A stretch of 14,374 nucleotides of DNA. It comes from a candidate division WOR-3 bacterium (GTDB lineage: Bacteria > Hydrothermota > Hydrothermia > JBDRYB01). The notes under the pieces were generated by a model. That model saw only the letters and a list, made by a program, of their open reading frames with translations, ran no database searches and was not told the DNA's origin. Both the position numbers and the translations under genes were made by a program. This document shows positions 8,291-14,374 of this stretch, one piece after another (within the stretch, counting starts at the first letter, position 1; every line of letters starts with the position of its first letter). The stretch is from assembly GCA_049969615.1 (NCBI GenBank), contig JBMFOM010000049.1:1-14374 (forward strand), written 5' to 3'.

Positions 8291-9217
8291 TTATCCGGCC
8301 GCACCGGACCTCTTCTTTCTCCTTGATTTTATTATTCCCCAGACGATGAGCCAGATGATCAGTGCCAGTATAACAATGGGCAGGAGGCCTCCAACCATAA
8401 CCACCATAGCCGCTATGACATAGGTGAAGAATGTCAGCGCTACCTCAACGCTCCTCTTCATTATCTTCAAGGGGCCGCCCTCCTGACCGAGCGGAGTGGG
8501 ATAAGGTTCGTGGAGGGTTATCTGTATCTGGGAATAGGATGTGATGCTCTGTAAGAATCTCATTCGCCCCTCCATGCGCTCTATGTCCTCGGTTATGTCG
8601 GCTATCTCATTTTCAACCTGCATTGCCTCATATACTGAGTTTGCCCTCAGGAGAAGCGCACGCATCCTCTCCAGGAGCTTGCGTTTGTTCTCAAGCCTTA
8701 TGGAAAGGTCAAGGTATTCCTCGGTAACATCCTGGCTGGTCTTGTTGTATGTTATGACCTTTGCTTCCTGAATGCCCCTTATTTCGTTCTCGGCCTCAGC
8801 GAGTCGGTCTGATGGGACCCTCAGCACTATGTTGGCTGTCCAGGCCTGGTTCTCGGCCTTATATATGTTGGAGGATACGATGTAGCCGTTGTGTTTGTTA
8901 GGAACATTGTTTAGTTTTTCAACGACCTGGTTGAACTTCTCCGTCTCCATCTCCCAGGAGATCGTGTAGGCGACCATCCGCTCCGGCAGCGTTACCTCTG
9001 TGCCGGTGCTGGTGCTAACCGTGATGTCCTTGCCTGCGGCCACGCCGTCTTTCGGTGCCGCGGTTTTGCTAGGGGTTTGTCCTGGTTCTACTTCGGCATA
9101 TTCCTCCTTTTCTGTTGTCGCGGTTCCGCCGAGGGGCATGGGTACTGGAGGCGTTCCCTTCTTCTCACATCCCACAAGCACTGCCAATCCTATCATTGGA
9201 AAGAGAAAATTTCTCAT
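8291..9217 (-). CDS. DUF4349-like lipoprotein with a C-terminal membrane anchor
   Basis: 308 aa. Lipobox-like VLVGC, P/T-rich linker, IVLRVP, SQDVTEEYLDL, coiled coil, IERMEGRMRFL...YSQIQITL, then a C-terminal TM region and basic tail. Confidence 0.8.
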   Translation of the reverse strand: MRNFLFPMIGLAVLVGCEKKGTPPVPMPLGGTATTEKEEYAEVEPGQTPSKTAAPKDGVAAGKDITVSTSTGTEVTLPERMVAYTISWEMETEKFNQVVEKLNNVPNKHNGYIVSSNIYKAENQAWTANIVLRVPSDRLAEAENEIRGIQEAKVITYNKTSQDVTEEYLDLSIRLENKRKLLERMRALLLRANSVYEAMQVENEIADITEDIERMEGRMRFLQSITSYSQIQITLHEPYPTPLGQEGGPLKIMKRSVEVALTFFTYVIAAMVVMVGGLLPIVILALIIWLIVWGIIKSRRKKRSGAAG

Positions 9218-9226
9218 AGGATTTCA

Positions 9227-9255
9227 ATTATAACTTGCTGCCTACCAAAGATCAA
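9227..9255 (-). promoter_or_regulatory. Sigma70-type promoter of the DUF4349-like gene (near-leaderless)
   Basis: Minus strand: TTGATC (9255-9250), 17 bp, TATAAT (9232-9227), then 9 nt to the ATG at 9217. No SD. Confidence 0.8.
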
Positions 9256-9395
9256 GCATTTATGAGACCTGAGCTCTCACATATTCCCAGCTCCCAGAGG
9301 TGAGGTCTGATTTAGGATAGCCTGTAAGTTCTTGGGGCATAAGAGCTCAACGTATTCCCCTCGCACTCGGTCAAGGCAGAGCAAGGCTTTGGTGA

Positions 9396-9901
9396 AGACG
9401 CTATAGATCCGGGAGTTTCGGGAGCGGTTTCCTTCTGGTAAAATTCATCCCCAACGACAACCTGGATTGGGCCAGGATAGTGGCGGGAGGATGTTATTAT
9501 TCATTTGTTACGGCCACCACCATAGTCCAAGCGATGGATAGGGGCTTCGCCATGACCATGACATCCTGCACCCTGACCATAGCGAGCCTCTCTCCCGCTG
9601 TGAGCAACATCACCCCGACGGTTAGCGTTCAGAGCATTCTCCTGACAACCAGGTGCGAGGTGGTTGGGACGGATGAGTCCGAGGCCCATGGTCTCTCCAT
9701 GTTCATCAGCGGGAACAGGATCTCCTTTACCCTACGGATGGATTCAAGGGTTAGGCTGTCGGTATATGACCCTGCAGGCAGGTTGGTGTTGATGCCTTTG
9801 AACGGTCAGGCGCAAGCCGGAGAACACGAAATAAGCCTTGATGCATGGTTGAGCTTGTCGTGGAGGGCAAGAGGACAATAGGAAAGGCAATAGTCAAATA
9901 G
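9396..9901 (+). pseudogene. Truncated, frameshifted remnant of a secreted repeat (beta-propeller-like) protein with a T9SS/FlgD-Ig-like C-terminal domain
   Basis: The frame opens after TGA 9393-9395 with SFGSGFLLVKFIPNDNLDWARIVAGG...IVQAMDRGFA (one blade-like repeat). An S/T/P linker follows, then ISFTL...VRLSVYDPAGRLV...GEHEI. The natural end MVELVVEGKRTIGKAIVK* is in another frame (9845-9901). No signal peptide. Confidence 0.65.
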
Positions 9902-9917
9902 GCGCGCGCCTGGCGCC

Positions 9918-10730
9918 CTAGTCGTTGCCCAAGGGCAGTTTGTTCTCTTCTATCTCAACCTTTTCCTCGCCACCCTCCGTAAAACGAATCCTGTAGAACC
10001 CCTTTATGGGATTGACCTCTATGACCTCCCCTTCCCTGTCTCCAACCCTTATGATTTCGCCCAGCGCTGGAAGCCGCTCGGCCATCTCCTCGTAGAACTC
10101 CATCTCATATCTGAGACAGCATATGAGCCGGCCGCAGGTGCCGGAGAGCTTGTCCGGCGCGGCAAACAGGTATTGTTTTCGCGCCATGGTTAGGGTCACG
10201 GAGGGCAGTTCAACGAGGAACCGTTTGCAACACATTTCTAGTCCGCACCTTCCCAGGCCGCCGACCATCCTGGCCTTGTCCCTCGCGCCTATCTGGGTGA
10301 ACTCAACCTTCACATGGAGTATCTTGGCCAGCTTGGGCCCCAGGTGTCTAAGATCCTGCTTCTCGTCCGCCACGAACTTGATTATCAGGTGGCCCTTCTC
10401 GGTGTCAAGGGTTCCCCCCGCCACCCTGATGTCCTGGTGCCCGGAAGCGAAGAGATAACCCTTTACGAGATTGATCATCAGGGCCTTCACCCTATCCGTA
10501 GAGGCATAGCGTATGGAGGCGAGGGACTTCTCTGCAGGTCTGTCCGATGCGCCGCGGACCTTGACCAGGATCTCGCTCTCCCCTCCTATTTCCCTGATCC
10601 AGAGGAATTCTCCGGGTTTATAGCGCTCAGCGTTGTCAAGCCGATACCTGTCAAACTCTGATCCCACAAGAGAAACCTCAAGGGTGGTTTTTTTCTTATG
10701 GGCTTTTTCTTGGCTATCTTTGCGGTCCAT
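9918..10730 (-). CDS. ricT: PSP1 C-terminal domain protein (RicT/YaaT family, Fe-S cysteine motifs)
   Basis: 270 aa. QIGARDKARMVGGLGRCGLEMCC, MARKQ and KLSGTCGRLICCLRYE. The N-terminal half is divergent. Confidence 0.85.
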   Translation of the reverse strand: MDRKDSQEKAHKKKTTLEVSLVGSEFDRYRLDNAERYKPGEFLWIREIGGESEILVKVRGASDRPAEKSLASIRYASTDRVKALMINLVKGYLFASGHQDIRVAGGTLDTEKGHLIIKFVADEKQDLRHLGPKLAKILHVKVEFTQIGARDKARMVGGLGRCGLEMCCKRFLVELPSVTLTMARKQYLFAAPDKLSGTCGRLICCLRYEMEFYEEMAERLPALGEIIRVGDREGEVIEVNPIKGFYRIRFTEGGEEKVEIEENKLPLGND

Positions 10731-10744
10731 CGGATCTTCTCAAT

Positions 10745-10750
10745 AGTATA
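10745..10750 (-). promoter_or_regulatory. Possible -10 element for ricT
   Basis: TATACT on the minus strand, 14 nt upstream of ATG 10730. No convincing -35. Confidence 0.3.
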
Positions 10751-10770
10751 AACCAATCGCCCGTGAGGAT

Positions 10771-13700
10771 TCATCCTATTCTGTCTCTCTGGGACCTTTT
10801 CCGACCGAGCTGGCCTGCCAGCTCCCTCAGCGCGTCCCTGAACACCGTCGCTGACTCAAAGTCAAGGCGCTCTGCCGCATCCATCATGAGCCTCTCCAGC
10901 TCAGCCATCGCGTCCGGCCTGGTGTTTGACCTGATTACCTCCTTGGCAATGCGCTCGGAATCCGCCGTGCAAGGCTCTGGTATCGCGGCATCCTCAAGAA
11001 CTCCCGTCGTGGCCATGATCTGGTCCGGACTTTTCACTATTGATCTGGGGGTTATGCCATGCTCCTGGTTATACATGATTTGGCGCTCCCGACGCCGCGC
11101 GGTCTCGGCCAGGGCCTTCTCAATGGCTTCGGTGACCTCGTCTGCGTAGAGGATCACCTTGCCCGCGAGATTTCTCGCGGCCCTGCCAGCGATCTGGATG
11201 AGAGAGGTATATGATCTCAGGAAGCCAGTCCGTTCGGCATCCGTTATTATCACGAGCGAGACCTCCGGAAGATCAAGTCCTTCCCGGAGCAGGTTGACGC
11301 CAACCAAAACATTTATCTTTCCGAGCCGCAGGTCCCTGAGCACACGGACGCGCTCCATCGCGCCCAACTCAGAGTGCAAGTAATCAGCCTTGATTCCAGC
11401 GTCCTTCAGAAAAGCCGCGAGCTCCTCAGCGCCCCTTTTTGTTAGGGTCGTAACGAGAACCCTCTGGCCAGCAGAGGTCGCCCGGTCTATCTCGTTAAGC
11501 ATGTCATCTATTTGGTTTTCTGTGGGCCTTATCTCCATCTCCGGATCAACCAGGCCCGTGGGCCTTATTATCTGTTCTGTTATAACGCCCTCGGTCTTCT
11601 CCAGCTCATAGGGGCCGGGCGTGGCTGACATGCATATGATGGGGCCGACCAGCTCCTCAAACTCCTGAAACTCAAGCGGCCTGTTGTCAAGGCATGATGG
11701 CAAGCGGAACCCGTGCTCAACCAGAATTTCCTTTCTTGACCTGTCCCCCTCATACATGCCCGCTATCTGGGGAATAGTGGCGTGAGATTCGTCTATGATG
11801 GTGAGGAATGGTCTGGGGAAATAATCTATGAGGCATGTGGGCCGTTCGCCGGGCGCCCGGCCGGACAGATGCCTTGAGTAGTTCTCAACTCCGTGGCAAT
11901 AGCCTATCTCGCGGAGCATCTCCAGATCAAACATTGTCCTTTGCTTGAGACGCTGGGCCTCAAGAAGCTTGCCTTGATTTTCCAGTTCCTCCAATCGTTC
12001 CCACAGTTCTTCCTTTATGGCAGAAAGCGCGCGCTCCAGCCTGGGCCGTGAGATTATGAAGTGAGCCGCCGGATAAATTGAAGCCGAAGGCATCTCCGTC
12101 CTCACCCTCATTGTGACCGGTTCTCTAGCTGTTATGCGTTCAAGCCGGTTGCCGGAGAACTCAAACCGCCATATCTCCTCTTCATAAGCGGGGATGAGGT
12201 CAAGGGTATCGCCCTTGAGCCTGAACCTTCCCCTCGCGAGGTCGCCGGTTGTCCGCTCATACTGCAGATTAACCAGTTTTCTTGAGAGCTCGGGGAGATC
12301 ATATTCCCTCCCTGTTTCAAGGAAAATGAACTCCTCCCTCATCTCCTCAGGATCACCCAGCGAGTATATGCATGAGACCGATGCCACGACGATCACATCC
12401 TTCCTAGACAAAAGCGAGGCCGCTGTCCTGAGCCTGAGGCGCTCTATCCGCTCGTTGATGTCAGCCTCCTTAGGGACATAGGTGTCGGTCTCGGGGATGT
12501 ATGCCTCTGGCATGTAGTAATCGTAATAGCTTATGAAGTATTCAACAGCGTTCCTGGGGAAAAAACCCTTGAATTCGCCGTATAACTGCGCCGCAAGCGT
12601 CTTGTTGTGGGAAATGATCAGGGTTGGCCAGCCGATCTCTTTTATGACATTGGCTATGGTAAAAGTGTTGTGGACAAACAGGCCAGGATACCCGGCCATG
12701 AAGCTCTCTGGGCCCGGCACAGAAAGGTCATACACGAAATTCCCCTTGGGCTTTATGAGTTCAACAGAAACGACCCTGTGCCACCGGAGCCTGTCCAGGT
12801 TCCTCAGCTCCGGAGGCAGGAAATCCTTTATCCGGTCAAAACCCCTTCTCAGATATCTGGTTCGCCCGATCTCAAGATGACTGATCTGGGCTATGCTGAA
12901 GCCAGAAGCATTCGCAACATGTTTCTCCAGGAGACCCCGTCTCACCCTCTCATCCCGCATGGCGCGTCCCGGAACAGGGACAGGGTCGTGGCCGTCCCTT
13001 GCCCGTTCGGCTAGACGACGAAGGCTATCCGAGATTTCCCTTGAGACGCCGTCCAACCCAGCCAGGGCGAGGATGTCCTCCTTACGGTCAACGATGAGCT
13101 TGAAGTAGCCGCGCCTTCCGGCCGGGCCCAGGATCCGGTACCCGATTCCAAGGCGAGAAAATGCTGATTCCAGGGAATATAGCATCCCGATTGATTTTAC
13201 ATTGAACCAAAAACACTCCTTGTTGATCCTACCGGATGTTCCAACGAGCGACGAGACCATGGCGGATGCCGCGGCTGGAGAGCGGGGCCCACCACAAGGC
13301 GGAATCTGTCTGGCCCGTTTTTGCCTCCCAATCAGCACAGAAACGAGCTCCCACAGGACCCGCGAGCATACCTGATAGATGTTGCTTGACCGAAAAACCC
13401 CTGTTGGGAGGCCGAGCTTCCTGAGTAGCGCCGGCAGATCCTTTCGCGCGGCTTTACTCACAAATGGAAAGTTCAGATAGCGATTTTGGAGGAGCCGCGC
13501 GGAATAGGCGTAGCCCATGAAGCTGGCCCAGTCTGGACCTGCCGGAACAGCGCCGGGCAGGCTCTTGCCCATCAGGCCGACTATTCTGGCCGAAGCCAGC
13601 TCATCCGGAGAAATTTCGGCCTTCCGCTTGTGTTCGCAGAATTCAGCAATTGGCCATGACTGGCCCCGGTATTCCACGCGGAGGGGTCTGTCCATGAGTA

Positions 13701-14244
13701 TCTCGGTTAGGTCAATGAATTCTGGCCTCTTAATGTCCGGCCGGGGAAGGAACTTTGGGCCGGGGATATAATCTCCGGGCTCAACCCTTTCGCCCCGCTC
13801 CAGGACGAGGCCCTCGTCCCTGAGAACCCAGACCGAGTGGTCCGGGGTGACATCTACAGAGAGGCCGGAATCGGTTTTTATCCTGAATAGATGAGCCGGG
13901 GCCGGGTGGCGAGAAAAGGAGCTGACAGGCCTGAACGAGACATCCTGCGTGTTCGGATCAAACGCTAGACAATGGACATCCGAGACCTCAACGACCGCGC
14001 TTTTCGTCTGGCCTGGAGGAATCAGACTATCAACGATCTGCCCAACCGGGACAACCATTATCCTGCCGTTAACAACGAGAAGGATCTGTGTATCACCGGA
14101 AACGCTCTTTCCGGTGCCTGTCGCACCCAGAAGAACCGAATAGCGCTCCCCGGCCCTTACCCTCTTAACCAGCTCTTTTATCGCGCGGGGCTGGTCGCCG
14201 GTCGGCTCGTATGGTGCTTCCAACCAAAACTCACATTCCCGCAA
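10771..14244 (-). CDS. uvrB: Excinuclease ABC subunit B precursor, intein-containing (about 677 aa after splicing)
   Basis: YEPTGDQP, GATGTGK|TFT, HNKTLAAQLY, beta-hairpin YYDYYMPEAY, VASVSCIY, GVENYSRH, DESH, SATPG, QIIRPTGL, NLLREGLD, GRAARN and a C-terminal UVR domain. The start is uncertain: the track's GTG 14343 is inside the terminal repeat and the in-frame ATG overlaps the promoter, so TTG 14244 is preferred. Confidence 0.95.
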   Translation of the reverse strand: MRECEFWLEAPYEPTGDQPRAIKELVKRVRAGERYSVLLGATGTGKSVSGDTQILLVVNGRIMVVPVGQIVDSLIPPGQTKSAVVEVSDVHCLAFDPNTQDVSFRPVSSFSRHPAPAHLFRIKTDSGLSVDVTPDHSVWVLRDEGLVLERGERVEPGDYIPGPKFLPRPDIKRPEFIDLTEILMDRPLRVEYRGQSWPIAEFCEHKRKAEISPDELASARIVGLMGKSLPGAVPAGPDWASFMGYAYSARLLQNRYLNFPFVSKAARKDLPALLRKLGLPTGVFRSSNIYQVCSRVLWELVSVLIGRQKRARQIPPCGGPRSPAAASAMVSSLVGTSGRINKECFWFNVKSIGMLYSLESAFSRLGIGYRILGPAGRRGYFKLIVDRKEDILALAGLDGVSREISDSLRRLAERARDGHDPVPVPGRAMRDERVRRGLLEKHVANASGFSIAQISHLEIGRTRYLRRGFDRIKDFLPPELRNLDRLRWHRVVSVELIKPKGNFVYDLSVPGPESFMAGYPGLFVHNTFTIANVIKEIGWPTLIISHNKTLAAQLYGEFKGFFPRNAVEYFISYYDYYMPEAYIPETDTYVPKEADINERIERLRLRTAASLLSRKDVIVVASVSCIYSLGDPEEMREEFIFLETGREYDLPELSRKLVNLQYERTTGDLARGRFRLKGDTLDLIPAYEEEIWRFEFSGNRLERITAREPVTMRVRTEMPSASIYPAAHFIISRPRLERALSAIKEELWERLEELENQGKLLEAQRLKQRTMFDLEMLREIGYCHGVENYSRHLSGRAPGERPTCLIDYFPRPFLTIIDESHATIPQIAGMYEGDRSRKEILVEHGFRLPSCLDNRPLEFQEFEELVGPIICMSATPGPYELEKTEGVITEQIIRPTGLVDPEMEIRPTENQIDDMLNEIDRATSAGQRVLVTTLTKRGAEELAAFLKDAGIKADYLHSELGAMERVRVLRDLRLGKINVLVGVNLLREGLDLPEVSLVIITDAERTGFLRSYTSLIQIAGRAARNLAGKVILYADEVTEAIEKALAETARRRERQIMYNQEHGITPRSIVKSPDQIMATTGVLEDAAIPEPCTADSERIAKEVIRSNTRPDAMAELERLMMDAAERLDFESATVFRDALRELAGQLGRKRSQRDRIG
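12667..14106 (-). mobile_element. 480-aa intein in the UvrB Walker A motif, with a degenerate LAGLIDADG-type region and a Cro/XRE-like HTH
   Basis: 1440 nt in frame between GTGK and TFT. Block A SVSGDTQI (Ser1), block B VDVTPDHSVW (TxxH), block F VYDLSVPGPESFMA and block G FVHN followed by Thr+1. Confidence 0.95.
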
Positions 14245-14268
14245 TGTATTAGTATTATACAGCATTGC
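14241..14268. promoter_or_regulatory. Candidate operator palindrome over the uvrB -10 and start
   Basis: GCAATG-N16-CATTGC (14241-14268) with an overlapping inner TGTAT-N7-ATACA (14245-14261). Confidence 0.45.
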
Positions 14269-14282
14269 ACATATTTTGTCAA
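14254..14282 (-). promoter_or_regulatory. Perfect-consensus sigma70 promoter of uvrB
   Basis: Minus strand: TTGACA (14282-14277), 17 bp, TATAAT (14259-14254), then 9 nt to the in-frame TTG at 14244. Confidence 0.88.
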
Positions 14283-14297
14283 GTCCCCTTGAATTTG

Positions 14298-14371
14298 GTG
14301 ATCCTTCACCCGGCTGGCCTCTAGCTGGCCCCTGATTGACCACTTGCCTTATTCTCTGGGTATGAAGGAGA
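14298..14371 (-). repeat. Right copy of the 74-bp perfect inverted repeat (partner at 1-74)
   Basis: Exact reverse complement of 1-74. Three further bases run to the window end, and the copy ends 15 bp upstream of the uvrB -35. Confidence 0.97.
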
Positions 14372-14374
14372 GGA

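Noticed and set aside
9899-9920. GC palindrome ggcgcgcgcc between the pseudogene and ricT as a terminator
   Set aside because: It has no loop or U-tract and is too short to support a call.
9918-10730. RicT/YaaT 'sporulation' gene in a diderm without ricA/ricF
   Set aside because: PSP1-domain proteins are widespread outside Bacillota, so this is not unusual.
48-14292. Numerous 60-160 aa antisense or alternate-frame ORFs in the track (e.g. 2782-3210, 6142-6612, 10763-11149, 12607-13014)
   Set aside because: They are shadow ORFs overlapping well-supported genes in GC-rich sequence, with no motifs or translation signals.
14245-14343. 33-aa N-terminal extension of UvrB in the ORF track
   Set aside because: It starts inside the terminal repeat and runs through the -35/-10 elements. 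UvrB similarity begins only at EFWLEAPYEPTGDQP.
1-14374. Linear plasmid or phage with terminal inverted repeats
   Set aside because: The content is core chromosomal (dnaB, lnt, lpxDC, fabZ, uvrB), with no terminal protein, protelomerase, polymerase or virion genes.

Overview
A 14.4-kb bacterial chromosomal segment of mostly housekeeping genes from a diderm (lipid A genes present). A decayed secreted protein with a T9SS/FlgD-like C-terminal domain suggests an FCB-related lineage such as WOR-3 (inference only). The left arm is all + strand: orphan SsuA/NMT1-like substrate-binding protein, lnt, a probable outer-membrane beta-barrel, dnaB and galE. The right arm is essentially all - strand: uvrB, ricT/PSP1, a DUF4349-like lipoprotein and lpxD-lpxC-fabZ. 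The arms converge on an 88-bp element with perfect 16-bp inverted termini. Notable points: (1) uvrB is interrupted in its Walker A motif (GK|T) by a 480-aa intein with intact splicing motifs, a degenerate LAGLIDADG region and a Cro/XRE-like HTH. (2) Both window ends carry the same perfect 74-bp sequence in inverted orientation. (3) Near-consensus sigma70 promoters (TTGATC/TTGACA-N17-TATAAT) sit 7-9 nt before three start codons, suggesting leaderless mRNAs, and the uvrB promoter is overlaid by a nested palindrome. (4) A frameshifted remnant of a secreted protein lies at 9396-9901. All calls come from reading motifs by eye; no searches were run.
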